A DNA stretch of 64,000 nt from Candidatus Iainarchaeum sp. (lineage in GTDB: Archaea; Iainarchaeota; Iainarchaeia; Iainarchaeales; UBA10219). Each line of letters opens with the position of its first letter. The first letter of the stretch is position 1. This document shows, one piece after another, positions 35,604-45,667 of this stretch. A program made the position numbers and the translations under genes. Where the stretch lies: contig JAGVWE010000002.1 of NCBI GenBank assembly GCA_018304425.1, positions 384,001 to 448,000 of the forward strand. The letters run 5' to 3'. Under the pieces are notes generated by a model. The model ran no database searches. It was not told the DNA's origin and saw only the letters and a program-made list of their open reading frames with translations.

Positions 35604-36656
35604 TCAAGAATACTTCGTCTTTCGCTGGTCCAGCCACTCCCGAAGCCGGCCCGAATAAACAATGAATTTCTTTTGCTTAAGTGACTTCACGTCTTTGGCC
35701 CCGACCAAGAACATCCCGATGCGTATTTCTTCCACCAACCGGGAAAGCAGTTTCTTGACCCCTTCCCGCCCGCCTTCCGATTGGGCCTTGATGACTGGCT
35801 GCGCCAATTCTCCCAGGCTTGCGCCCATGGCAAGGGCCTTGACTACATCCAGCCCACTGCGGATGCCACCCGAAGCAATCAAGGGGCCTTTCCAGGCCTG
35901 GCGTGCCTCTAGTAAGGCGGCCGCGGTTGGCACGCCAAAGTCCCAGAAAGTCTGCCCGACTTCCTTTTTGCCCCGCAAAGAGTCAACGCCAATCCAAGAT
36001 GTTCCCCCCGCACCGGCCACGTCAACTGCCTTGATTTTCGTGTGCGCCAGTCGTTGAACGGCTTCACGCGCCAGGCCATGGCCCACTTCCTTCACGTACA
36101 CGGGCACCTGCAACCGGCGGGCAAGCAGGTCAATGGTCTTCAAGCAGCCCTTAAAGTCAGGCATTCCCTCAGGCTGCACGGCTTCTTGGCCGGGGTTCAA
36201 GTGAATGGCCAGGGCATTTGCGCCGACGTCTTCCAGCATCTTTTCAATCACATCTAGGGCATACTGCCGTGCCTGCGTGGCCCCCAGGTTTCCCGCCAAG
36301 AAAATCGTTGGCGCGACATCCCGCACATAATAGGTTTCCGTCAGGGCCGGGGCTTCCACCATTCGCCGCTGGGAGCCAAGCCCCATGCCAAGCCCGAGTT
36401 CCTCACAGGCCGCGGCAATGTCCTTGTTTATCTGCTTGGCAATGGCCGTTCCCCCCGTCATACCTGACACCATCAGGGGGGCGGCGAATTCATGGCCCAA
36501 GAACGTTGTCCGGGAATCCACTTCGCTCAACTTCATTTCGGGCAAGGCGTCATACACCAAGTCAATGTCTTCAAAACCCGTGTGCTTGTCCTTGAACTGC
36601 ACATCCTGCGTCGTGCAAATCCGGATGTGCTCCACTTTTCTATCCCTTTCCGCCAT
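35604..36656 (-). CDS. fni: Type 2 isopentenyl-diphosphate isomerase
   Basis: RKVEHI, MTGG, GSQR, KEVGHG, GAGGTSW. Confidence 0.95.
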   Translation of the reverse strand: MAERDRKVEHIRICTTQDVQFKDKHTGFEDIDLVYDALPEMKLSEVDSRTTFLGHEFAAPLMVSGMTGGTAIAKQINKDIAAACEELGLGMGLGSQRRMVEAPALTETYYVRDVAPTIFLAGNLGATQARQYALDVIEKMLEDVGANALAIHLNPGQEAVQPEGMPDFKGCLKTIDLLARRLQVPVYVKEVGHGLAREAVQRLAHTKIKAVDVAGAGGTSWIGVDSLRGKKEVGQTFWDFGVPTAAALLEARQAWKGPLIASGGIRSGLDVVKALAMGASLGELAQPVIKAQSEGGREGVKKLLSRLVEEIRIGMFLVGAKDVKSLKQKKFIVYSGRLREWLDQRKTKYS

Positions 36657-36695
36657 GTCAATCTTACTCCCTTATAGTCATTCAACCATTTAAAC

Positions 36696-37799
36696 CTACT
36701 CGATGCCTTGCCCGGCCAGGTGAAGGTCCAGCACCTGCAGGCCGGCTTTCCTCCATGCCGTGTGAATGCATTCCGCCGTGCGCTCATCAAAGCAGAGGGC
36801 TATTCCGGAATCCCCTCCTCCTGCCCCAGACCATTTGCCGGCCGCCCAACAGCCCTCCGCGGCCTCGGCCAGGACCCGTAAACCTCGGGTTTCCAGTTCC
36901 ATTCCCGCCCCTTTTTGAAGGCCCAATAAGGCCGCCCGATTTTCTTTCACCGCGTTTAGCGCCCCGACCGGGTCTTCCGCATCCAATGCCTTAATCAGCT
37001 TTTCAGTCGCCGCCTGCAAGGCGGCCATACAGGTGGCATAGGCTTTCCCGTCCAGGGCCTTCCAGTCCCTTACTTTCCGGATCAGCGCCGGAGTCGAAGC
37101 GCTTTGGCCGGTAAACGCGCCCAACAACCGGAACCCCTTGGGTGGCAGTAGCCAGCGTTGGGTGAACCCCGGCCATTTTTGTTCCACCAATTCACGCACA
37201 TCCTTTCCTGAAACCAGTTCTTTATCCAGCCAGGCCCCCTCAAACCGTGTGTACACCATCAACCGGCCATACGTCGAACACGCGATGTCAAAAGCGGAAC
37301 CCACTTTTCCTTGCGCGAGATAATGCGCTAGGCAACCCAGTTTGAACACGATTTCCTTTGCGTACTCGTCCATCAGGTTATAATCGTGCAGTTTCAGCAC
37401 GCCACCAATAATAGCCACCACAGCCGCGGCGCTGCTCCCGAACCCGACTTTTTTTCCCGCTATTCGGGTTTCCTCTGACTTAGTTTCTACTTCCATGCCT
37501 TCCGGCGTTTTTCCACAGGCCACCAAGTACTGCAACACGGCCTCCAACGCTTTTTCCGCGAACCTGAGCTTGCCCCCTTCCTCGGGCGACAACGGTTTTT
37601 TCCACTTCAGGGTTTTCCCATCGAATCCGGCTTCCACCCAGTCCAGGCCCAAGCTCTTGGACTTGAACCGTAAGCCCTTCCACGGCCGCACCCAGCACTC
37701 CACGTACTTGTCCACGGCTGCGGCCACACAGGGCGCGCCCTCTAACACGGAGTACTCGCCGCTCACCATGAGCTTACCCGGTGCTTTCACGTGAACCAT
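36696..37799 (-). CDS. mvaK2: Phosphomevalonate kinase (GHMP, MvaK2/ERG8 type)
   Basis: APGKLMVSGEY, KVGFGSSAA, QGKVGSAFDIA, SGAGGGD. Confidence 0.88.
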   Translation of the reverse strand: MVHVKAPGKLMVSGEYSVLEGAPCVAAAVDKYVECWVRPWKGLRFKSKSLGLDWVEAGFDGKTLKWKKPLSPEEGGKLRFAEKALEAVLQYLVACGKTPEGMEVETKSEETRIAGKKVGFGSSAAAVVAIIGGVLKLHDYNLMDEYAKEIVFKLGCLAHYLAQGKVGSAFDIACSTYGRLMVYTRFEGAWLDKELVSGKDVRELVEQKWPGFTQRWLLPPKGFRLLGAFTGQSASTPALIRKVRDWKALDGKAYATCMAALQAATEKLIKALDAEDPVGALNAVKENRAALLGLQKGAGMELETRGLRVLAEAAEGCWAAGKWSGAGGGDSGIALCFDERTAECIHTAWRKAGLQVLDLHLAGQGIE

Positions 37800-37807
37800 G
37801 GCATCCC

Positions 37808-38809
37808 CTAAAACAAGTGCTTGAATGAAAGCCGTGCGCCCTGGCCCGGTTTGCACACAATGGCTTTTTTCACGCCCTTTAGGCCCTCCAGTTTTCGGGC
37901 CAGCCGGCGTGCATCTTTGGCCCTGCAAAGGACCTTGACGTTAGGGCCTCCATCAATCGTAAACCAGCATCGTTCACCGCTTGCCCGCCAATCCACTACT
38001 GAACGTATGACTTCCATCGTTGCTGGCTGCCAGTAGAGGACGCGTGGCGTGGTGGTCATCATGGTGGCATGCATCTTCAGGCAATTCACTTCCGCGATCT
38101 CTCCCACCTGAGTAAGGTTCCGCTGCCGGATTCCTTTTCGAATGGCTTTCAAGTCCGGGTCAATCGTTTCCAGCCAGGTCTTGTACAGGGGTGAGGTCTT
38201 CACGGTTTCCCGCATGCCGGCCCGCGAGCTAATCTTCTTTTTCGTTGATGTCACAATCGTGGTCACCAGCCGGAAGTCCTTCCAATGGGTTTCATCCGCT
38301 AGCTGCACGGCACAGGAGTCGCTTCCATCCCGCTGGTGACCCTTCACCCATTCCACGAAACCGCCGTACACGCTTCGGCTCGCACTCCCCGAACCCAGCC
38401 GTGAAAGAATGGACAGGTTTCGTGCATCCAAGCCCATGCCAGCCGCCGCGCTGGCCGCGAGGCTCAACGCACAAAAACCGGATGCACTGCTCGCCAGGCC
38501 AGCCGCGGTCGGAAAATTGTTTTTCGACTCCACGCGTGCCTTCCCCTTGATTCCAGCTAGCTTCCGCACCAAGTCCAAGTGCCGGACCACCCGCGTCCTT
38601 TCCTCCCCCAGCAATTCCCGTCCATCCAGCTGTATCCGGTCAGCCCGGCGCTTTCCACCAAACTCCACGGTAGTCGTGGTATACAAGTCATCCAGGGTCA
38701 CGGAAATGCTCGAATTGGCTGGCAAAAGCAGCCGCTCATCCCGCTTGCCCCAGTACTTGACCAAGGCAATGTTGCTGTTGGCGATGGCCGTGGCCTTCAA
38801 GGCAGTCAC
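37808..38809 (-). CDS. mvaD: Diphosphomevalonate decarboxylase
   Basis: NIALVKYWGK, GLASSAS, GSGSASRS, DGGPNV. Confidence 0.93.
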   Translation of the reverse strand: MTALKATAIANSNIALVKYWGKRDERLLLPANSSISVTLDDLYTTTTVEFGGKRRADRIQLDGRELLGEERTRVVRHLDLVRKLAGIKGKARVESKNNFPTAAGLASSASGFCALSLAASAAAGMGLDARNLSILSRLGSGSASRSVYGGFVEWVKGHQRDGSDSCAVQLADETHWKDFRLVTTIVTSTKKKISSRAGMRETVKTSPLYKTWLETIDPDLKAIRKGIRQRNLTQVGEIAEVNCLKMHATMMTTTPRVLYWQPATMEVIRSVVDWRASGERCWFTIDGGPNVKVLCRAKDARRLARKLEGLKGVKKAIVCKPGQGARLSFKHLF

Positions 38810-38812
38810 CAG

Positions 38813-39712
38813 TCACTCCCCAATCCGTACCTTCAGGGTGGGCCAGCCCAGCTTTTCAATGGCTTTGGCCACTTCCGCTTGCTTGCCGGGGCACAAGGCA
38901 ATCACACTGCCGCCGCCCCCCGCACCTGTCAGTTTTGCGCCCAGGGCCCCGGCCTTCAGGGCGGCCGAGCACATGGCATCGAGTTCCCGGGTTGAAACGC
39001 CGATTTCTTTGAGTAGCTCGTGGTTCTGGTTCAGGAGGGCACCGATTTTTTTTTCTTCTCCCTTTAGCAGGGCTTCCCGTGCCTCATCCACCAGTTTGCC
39101 TGCGTCTTCAAAGATTCGCGCAAACTTTTCCGGGTTCTTTTCCTTGCGCGTCCGCACGGCTTCCACGAGTTCCTTGGTCGTGCCCTTCCTTGGACAGGTT
39201 CCAATCACGACTTCCAGGGGCTTCCGCGCTTTCAGCCGTTCTATCTGGTTGGCGCCGCCTTCCAGGTTTTTCTTGAACCACACCAGGCCACCGTAGGTCG
39301 CCACCGTGTTGTCGATGCCGGAGGGCGTGCCGTGCGCGATTTTCTCGCCTTCATAGGCTATTCGGCACACGTCATCGTTGCCCAGGTTTTTTCCGACTAT
39401 CTGTGCTAGTGCCCGCGTGGCCGCCACGCAGAAGGCCGCGCTGCTGCCCATGCCGGAGCCAATCTGCAGTTCCGTGCTTACCTCGAGTTCCACGCCTTCA
39501 TTGATGCCGAGCTTGTTGGCCAGCACGGCCGCCATCTTTTCCAGGAACTCCGGGTTGTGTCGCTTGTCTGCAGCCTCCACTTTTATGCGGGTTCCCTTGG
39601 CTTTCCTGGCTGAAACTGTGGTTTGGTCGGACACGCTGCCAGCAATGGCCGGAATTCCGTACACTACAAAGTGTTCTCCGAACAAAATCGTTTTACCACA
39701 GGCCTTGGCCAT
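38813..39712 (-). CDS. mvk: Mevalonate kinase
   Basis: KTILFGEHFVVYG, GMGSSAA, PSGID, KLTGAGGGG. Confidence 0.93.
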   Translation of the reverse strand: MAKACGKTILFGEHFVVYGIPAIAGSVSDQTTVSARKAKGTRIKVEAADKRHNPEFLEKMAAVLANKLGINEGVELEVSTELQIGSGMGSSAAFCVAATRALAQIVGKNLGNDDVCRIAYEGEKIAHGTPSGIDNTVATYGGLVWFKKNLEGGANQIERLKARKPLEVVIGTCPRKGTTKELVEAVRTRKEKNPEKFARIFEDAGKLVDEAREALLKGEEKKIGALLNQNHELLKEIGVSTRELDAMCSAALKAGALGAKLTGAGGGGSVIALCPGKQAEVAKAIEKLGWPTLKVRIGE

Positions 39713-39723
39713 TTCCATTCCTC

Positions 39724-40416
39724 CTACCAATAAGCGTTCAAAGCCGTTAAAATGCTTTCCTCGCCTGCAATCACCCAATTCTTTCGTTCTGCCAGTTCCC
39801 GTAATTCCTTGTCCGGGTCAAAGGCAATGGCTTTGCCGCAGGCTGCTAGGAAGCCTGCGTCGTGCAGCGTGTCGCCTACGCCTATGCAATCCCCCAACCG
39901 CATATTATGTAGCCTTGCATAGGTTTTCACGGCTTGTGCTTTTCCTTCCACCGATAGAACGCCTTCATCGAACCCGGAAATTCGCCCGTCTTCCACGCGT
40001 TCCCGGGTGCCAATCACTTCTTGCACGCCGGCTTTTTCGCCGATTGCTTCGACCAGGAAACTCAGCGAACCCGTGACCACCACGAGGTCATAACCCTTGT
40101 CCCGTGCCTCGCGCACCAGGCTGGGCACGAACTCATACACATTGTCCTCCGCATAAAATTCCTGGGCAAACGCTTCCGCAGCCTTTCGGGCTGCCGTCAT
40201 ATCCAAGCCCACAAACCCTTGAATGGCCCGCTTGAAGCACTCCAAGGAATCCAGGTAGGTCAGCTTTCCTTCCTTCATGCGGATAGTCGTTTCCCGGATG
40301 TACTCCGCGTGCCGTTTTTCAATCAACCCCCGCTCCGCGCAGTACTGCATGAAGCCATGCGATGAATACACTTTCGTCAGTGTCTTGTCCCAGTCGCTGA
40401 ACACGGCTTTGCGCAC
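39724..40416 (-). CDS. HAD-IB (SerB-like) phosphatase
   Basis: DWDKTL, VTGS, GDTLHD. Confidence 0.85.
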   Translation of the reverse strand: MRKAVFSDWDKTLTKVYSSHGFMQYCAERGLIEKRHAEYIRETTIRMKEGKLTYLDSLECFKRAIQGFVGLDMTAARKAAEAFAQEFYAEDNVYEFVPSLVREARDKGYDLVVVTGSLSFLVEAIGEKAGVQEVIGTRERVEDGRISGFDEGVLSVEGKAQAVKTYARLHNMRLGDCIGVGDTLHDAGFLAACGKAIAFDPDKELRELAERKNWVIAGEESILTALNAYW

Positions 40417-40429
40417 TTCATCGCCTTGC

Positions 40430-40828
40430 CTAAAACACCGGCCGGAACTTCGTTCCATAATGCAGGACACCGGTTTCCCCGGATGCGTAGAACTTCCGGA
40501 AAACGGCTTCCACTCTTTGGCCAATCTTCAAGTCGCCAGCGTTTGCGTCGCAAATCTGGGCTCCGACCTTCGGGCCTTCATCGAGTTTCACGATGCCAAT
40601 TACATAGGGGGTCTTCGATTCAAAGACTTCGGGCGCGGCTTTCACTTCCGTGAACGTCAACAGCCGGCCCTTGCCGGAAAACTGCTGGGCCGCAAATTCC
40701 TTGCCGCCACACGGGCACTGTTCCTTGGCCGGGTAATAGGTTTCCCCACAGGCCTTGCAGGCGTTTCCAATCAGCCTATACCGGTCCGTGTACTTCCTCC
40801 ACCGGATGACCGCGCTTTCCTCGAACAT
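40430..40828 (-). CDS. DUF35 Zn-ribbon/OB-fold scaffold protein
   Basis: CKACG..CPCG, YGTKF; adjacent to the thiolase. Confidence 0.92.
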   Translation of the reverse strand: MFEESAVIRWRKYTDRYRLIGNACKACGETYYPAKEQCPCGGKEFAAQQFSGKGRLLTFTEVKAAPEVFESKTPYVIGIVKLDEGPKVGAQICDANAGDLKIGQRVEAVFRKFYASGETGVLHYGTKFRPVF

Positions 40829-42004
40829 CTAGGGCAACCCCCTTTTGAACACGTTCACTACAACCGTTGCCCCGCTGCCGCCCACGTTGTGCGTGACGCC
40901 TATCTCGGCTCCCTTGACCTGGCGCTTGCCGGCCTTGCCCTGCAACTGCTGGACGACTTCCACAACCTGCTTGACCCCAGTGGCTCCCACCGGATGTCCG
41001 CAGGCCTTCAAGCCCCCCGAGGTGTTGACCGGTGTTTTCCCGTCAAAGTACGTCTGCCCCTGCTCAACCAAGCGGCCGGCCTTGCCGTTCCCGCACAAGC
41101 CCAGGTCCTCCATGGCCATGATTTCCGCAATCGTAAAGCAGTCATGCACTTCAACCAAGTCCAGGTCCTTTACCGTTATCTTGGCTTGGGCAAAGGCCTG
41201 GGTCTTTGCCAAGCGCGTGGCCTTGACGTGATGGAGCTCGCTCCGTTCCGCCAACGCCAGGGTATCCGATGCCTGCCCGCTGCCGGCAACGTACACGGGG
41301 GCTTCGCAATACTGTTTGGCGGTTTCCGCGTTGCACAGCACCACGGAGGCCGCGCCGTCCGTAATCGGCGAGCAGTCAAGCAGCGTCAGGGGCTCCGCCA
41401 CCATCATGCTCTTGTAAACGTCGTCCAGGGTTATTTCCTTCCGGTACTGGGCAATCGGGTTCCTCGCACCGTGGAAGTGGTTTTTTACGGCCACCGCGGC
41501 CAGCTGCTTTCGGCTCAACCCGAACTTGTTCATGTAGGCCTTTGCCATCAACGCGTAAAGCCCTGGGAAGGTGAACCCCTGGAACCCCTCCCATTCCTCG
41601 TCTCCCGCGCCCATCAAGCCCGTGGTAACGTGCTCCGTGGATACGTCGGTCATCTTTTCGACTCCGTTCACCAGCACCATGTCAGCCCTCCCGGATTCAA
41701 TGGCCATCAGGCCCTGCCGGAAGGCCAGGCTGCCAGACGCGCACGCGCCTTCCACGCGCGTGCTGGCCACATTCAGGTTGAGGATGCTGCTCGCCATGCC
41801 CCCCAGGTGCTCTTGTCCGGCAAATTCCCCCCCGCACATGTTGCCCGTGAAAATCATGTCCACCTTTTCCGGGTTGATGCGTGCATCGGCCAGGGCCTGC
41901 AGTTCCGCTTCGGCTAACAACTGCCGTAAACCCTTTTCCCACACCTCTCCAAACCGCGTGATGCCAACGCCAATCACGGCCACTTTTCGTTCAACCATAA
42001 GCAT
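40829..42004 (-). CDS. Acetoacetyl-CoA thiolase (archaeal type)
   Basis: EGACASG, VHDCF, GHPVGATG. Confidence 0.93.
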   Translation of the reverse strand: MLMVERKVAVIGVGITRFGEVWEKGLRQLLAEAELQALADARINPEKVDMIFTGNMCGGEFAGQEHLGGMASSILNLNVASTRVEGACASGSLAFRQGLMAIESGRADMVLVNGVEKMTDVSTEHVTTGLMGAGDEEWEGFQGFTFPGLYALMAKAYMNKFGLSRKQLAAVAVKNHFHGARNPIAQYRKEITLDDVYKSMMVAEPLTLLDCSPITDGAASVVLCNAETAKQYCEAPVYVAGSGQASDTLALAERSELHHVKATRLAKTQAFAQAKITVKDLDLVEVHDCFTIAEIMAMEDLGLCGNGKAGRLVEQGQTYFDGKTPVNTSGGLKACGHPVGATGVKQVVEVVQQLQGKAGKRQVKGAEIGVTHNVGGSGATVVVNVFKRGLP

Positions 42005-42007
42005 CCC

Positions 42008-43051
42008 TTAGTGAATTTCCTCCATGTGCTTCGAGTACTGCGCGTACTCCAGGTAGGTCTTGCGTTTCATGTAGTCTTCGGTGCGCCGTGCCAGCCCCCT
42101 CCGTTCCTCGATCAAGGGCTTTACTTCCAGCACGAAGGCGTCGCTTCCGCTGCCGGAACCATAGGACACCACCAAAATCCGTGCCCCTGGCCTGGCCTTG
42201 TCCAGCACCTTCGTGAGGCCCAGCGGGCTGCACCCCGAGTAGGTGTTTCCAATGGCGGTCACGAGCAGCCCGTCCTTGTACTGTTCGGGCTTGAACCCGA
42301 GCTTGGCCGCGGCCGCGATCGGGAATTTCGCGTTCGGCATGTGGAACACCGCGTAGTCAAAGTCCGTTGGTTGTAAGTGGGTCTTGTCCAGCATGGCCTT
42401 GGTTGCCTGGAGGACATGCTTGAAGTAAGCCGGTTCCCCGGTGAAGCGGCCCGCATGCCTGGGGTGGGGGGACAGCCCGCGCCGCCAAAAGTCCGGCGTG
42501 TCACTGGTGAAGGAGCAGGTGTCCTTAATTTCCGCCAGCCACTCGCTTTCCTGGCTTCCCACAATAAAAGCCGCGCCGCCCGCCGCGGCACTGTACTCCA
42601 ATGCGTCGCCTGGAGCCGCCTGGGAGGTGTCCGCTCCAATGGCCAGGCCATATTTTATCATGCCACTCTGCACCAACCCCATGCACATCTGGAGGGCGGC
42701 GGTTCCCGCCTTGCACGCGAACTCGGTGTCAGCCGCCGTGTAATGGTTTCCGGCACCAATGGCTTCGCCCACGATTCCAGCCGTTGGCTTCACGGCATAG
42801 GGATGCGATTCCGAGCCCACGTAAATGGCTCCAAGGTCTTTGGGGTTGATCAGCGCGCGCGCCAGGGCGTTCCTTGCCGCCTCAACGGCAATCGTGGCCG
42901 TGTCTTCGTCCTTGCCTGGCACGCTTTTTTCCTGGATGCCCAAGCCGTCCACGATTCGCCGCGTGTCCGCGCCCCACACCCGGGCAATGGTTTCCGCCTT
43001 GATGCGGTACTTCGGGATATACGCCCCATACCCAACGATTCCGGCAGTCAT
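42008..43051 (-). CDS. Hydroxymethylglutaryl-CoA synthase (archaeal type)
   Basis: [29 protein letters not shown]. Confidence 0.95.
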   Translation of the reverse strand: MTAGIVGYGAYIPKYRIKAETIARVWGADTRRIVDGLGIQEKSVPGKDEDTATIAVEAARNALARALINPKDLGAIYVGSESHPYAVKPTAGIVGEAIGAGNHYTAADTEFACKAGTAALQMCMGLVQSGMIKYGLAIGADTSQAAPGDALEYSAAAGGAAFIVGSQESEWLAEIKDTCSFTSDTPDFWRRGLSPHPRHAGRFTGEPAYFKHVLQATKAMLDKTHLQPTDFDYAVFHMPNAKFPIAAAAKLGFKPEQYKDGLLVTAIGNTYSGCSPLGLTKVLDKARPGARILVVSYGSGSGSDAFVLEVKPLIEERRGLARRTEDYMKRKTYLEYAQYSKHMEEIH

Positions 43052-44337
43052 GAAAATGCCTCAACCAATTGTTTGGCGCGGTCAACGGTTATATTCTTTT
43101 CCTTTACCATGGCGTCAGCCACTCGGTCAATCAACTTGTTTGCCGCGCCGCCCAGTACCGCGATATTCTTGGCATGCAGCTTCATGTGGCCGCGCTGGAT
43201 GCCTTCCGTGGCCAGGGCCCGGATGGCGGCAAAGTTCTGGGCCAACCCGACCGAGGCCATGACCTCGCCGAGCTCGTGCGCGGTTTTCACGCCCAAGAGC
43301 TTGACGTTTATTTTCGCGATGGGATGGGTTTTCGTTGCGCCTCCCACCAAACCTACTGCCAGGGGTAACTCGATTTTTCCTTTTAAGTGGCCTTCCCGTG
43401 TTTTCTCGTAGCTGGTGAGGGTGGTGTACTTCCGGTTGTAAGCGGCATACGAGTGGGCTCCGGCTTCCACGGCGCGGAAGTCGTTGCCCGTGGCAACCGT
43501 TACCGCGTCGATGCCGTTCATGATGCCCTTGTTGTGCGTGGTTCCCCGGAACGGGTCCGCGGCGGCAAACGCCCAGGCATCCAGGACGGCTTCCACGACT
43601 TCCGCTCCTTTCAATCCCAGTTCCTTGACGCTTTCCGCCAGCACCTCTTTTGTCCACACGGCTTCCGCCCGGAACAACCTGAAAATCGCCAGATTGGAGA
43701 TGATGCGCAGCCTGACCTTTCCGCCTGTCAGTTCTTCAATTTTTGGCGCTATCCCCTCTGCCATCGTGTTAATCGAGTTCGCGCCCATGGCGTCGCGCAC
43801 GTCCACAATCAGGTGCACGATCAATTGCTTGCCGCGCACGGTGTCAATCACGCGTGCTTCCAGGTCCATGGCTCCGCCGCCGAACTGCTTCAAGCCGGGA
43901 AACACCTGGTTCGCATCGTTCACCAGTTCTTCTTTCTGGTCTTCCACGGCTTTCTTGGCCTTTGCCAGGTCCTTGACCTGCACGACCTGGATTTGGGCGA
44001 TCATCAGCGGCCCAGTAGAGCTGGCCGTGAAACCCCCGCTTGCGCGTGCCAGCTTGGCCGCGTAACTGGCCGCGGCCACGACGCTGGGTTCTTCCAGGGC
44101 CATGGGCACCAAATAATCCCTGCCGTTTACCTGGAAGTTAGTGGCCAAGCCCAGGGGCAGGGGCATGACGCCGTACACGTTTTCAATCATCTTGTCCGCC
44201 AGGGAAAACGCAAGGCAACCGGTTTGCTTGAGCAAGGCCGTTTCTTCTGGGGAGAGGCCGGCAACCGCGGCTATTTCTTCGAGCCGCTCGTCTTGGCTTT
44301 TCTTGTAGAACCCCTGCAATGCGGAACTCTTTGCCAT
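43048..44337 (-). CDS. mvaA: HMG-CoA reductase, class II
   Basis: [38 protein letters not shown]. Confidence 0.93.
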   Translation of the reverse strand: MAKSSALQGFYKKSQDERLEEIAAVAGLSPEETALLKQTGCLAFSLADKMIENVYGVMPLPLGLATNFQVNGRDYLVPMALEEPSVVAAASYAAKLARASGGFTASSTGPLMIAQIQVVQVKDLAKAKKAVEDQKEELVNDANQVFPGLKQFGGGAMDLEARVIDTVRGKQLIVHLIVDVRDAMGANSINTMAEGIAPKIEELTGGKVRLRIISNLAIFRLFRAEAVWTKEVLAESVKELGLKGAEVVEAVLDAWAFAAADPFRGTTHNKGIMNGIDAVTVATGNDFRAVEAGAHSYAAYNRKYTTLTSYEKTREGHLKGKIELPLAVGLVGGATKTHPIAKINVKLLGVKTAHELGEVMASVGLAQNFAAIRALATEGIQRGHMKLHAKNIAVLGGAANKLIDRVADAMVKEKNITVDRAKQLVEAFS

Positions 44338-44489
44338 AACGCCACCATCCCCTATGCTTGCAAAGTTAAATAGAAACCGGCTGGTAAACTACCTTTGCCC
44401 GCGCAACCTATTTAAAGCTTGCGTTGATTGTCCCCCAAAAAAACGGTGATTGTCTAACCTTGTCGTTTCGGGTCAAAGCCGTAGACAGC

Positions 44490-45488
44490 TTATGCCAGCG
44501 AGTAAAGCGTTTTCCGTGCATCGGCGGCGTGCGTGGCCTGTAGTACCAGGCCGTGGCCGATGAGGCCGTCTAGGGCGCGTCGCACGGTCCGGCCCGGTAA
44601 ACCTGTTTCCTGGATGAGTTCTTTTTGCGTGAGCTCGCCGCGGACTTCGAGGAGTTTGACGAGGAATTTCGCGCTGGGGCTCAGGTCCCTGGCTTCGGCA
44701 GGGTGTGCCTTTCGTTCTTCGAAGCGTTTGGCGAAGTAAATGGGTTTGCCCTTCAGGATGGTCAGGTCGTTGTCCACCGCGGTTCGCCGCTGGCCGTCCG
44801 CGATGAGTTCGCAGCCCCACAATTCGTGGAAGTTCTTGAGCTCGATTTTTGCGTGGTCTTCAACCACTAGGGGCCGCCGCGCGCGGTCCATGGAATTCAT
44901 GGAAACGATTTCAAGGGCTTTCGTCGTGGGCAGGATGTGGGGGCCCCAGGCCGACAACGCGTGGCCGGTGCTTCCCGTGGGCGTGGCCACCAGTACCCCG
45001 TCACTGGCCTCGTTCCACACCCGTTTTCCGTTCACGTACAAGTCGAATTCCATGTAGTGCCCGGGTTGTTTGGGCACCAGCAGGTATTCGTTCAGGGCCA
45101 GGGGCACGTTTCGGGGGGAGAGGGCTTGCAGCCGGGTTCGTTCTTCGACCCTGAACTTTCCTTGGAGGATGTCCGGGGAGTCCTTGTCGAAGTCGCGGAA
45201 GTTCCAGTCCATGAGGTAGCCTTTCTCGCCGCAGTTCACACCCAGCAAAGGGGATTTGTTCTTCGTGTGCCGGGCCGCGTACAGCATGGTTCCGTCTCCC
45301 CCGAACACAAGCGTCAAATCAACCTGGAATTCGTCGATGTCCACGGCCTTCTTGACCAGCGAAAAGCTGCGGTCCACCATGCAGGTCAGGCCGGCTTTTT
45401 CGAGGAGCCGGAGGGCGTGCAGGGCCCTTTTTTTGGCCAAATTGTTGGCGTAGTTGCCCACAATGCCAACGGCGTGTGGAACCGGCAT
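44490..45488 (-). CDS. NAD kinase fused to a C-terminal winged-helix domain
   Basis: GGDGT, LNE, TPTGSTG; C-terminal LTQKELIQETGLPGRTVRRAL..DARKTLY. Confidence 0.85.
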   Translation of the reverse strand: MPVPHAVGIVGNYANNLAKKRALHALRLLEKAGLTCMVDRSFSLVKKAVDIDEFQVDLTLVFGGDGTMLYAARHTKNKSPLLGVNCGEKGYLMDWNFRDFDKDSPDILQGKFRVEERTRLQALSPRNVPLALNEYLLVPKQPGHYMEFDLYVNGKRVWNEASDGVLVATPTGSTGHALSAWGPHILPTTKALEIVSMNSMDRARRPLVVEDHAKIELKNFHELWGCELIADGQRRTAVDNDLTILKGKPIYFAKRFEERKAHPAEARDLSPSAKFLVKLLEVRGELTQKELIQETGLPGRTVRRALDGLIGHGLVLQATHAADARKTLYSLA

Positions 45489-45667
45489 AGAGACTATGGG
45501 GGGCCCGAAGAATAAAAACCCATCAGATTAGCGGCCATTTTTGCTGGCTTACATGCTTTTAAGGGGTTTTAGGTAGTTTCCTGCCGCCTTTTTTTGAGTG
45601 GTTTTTTCGTCGATTAATTAAGAATTTAAACGTTTGCGGGGTTTGTTTGCTTGGGGGGTTGCTCGGC

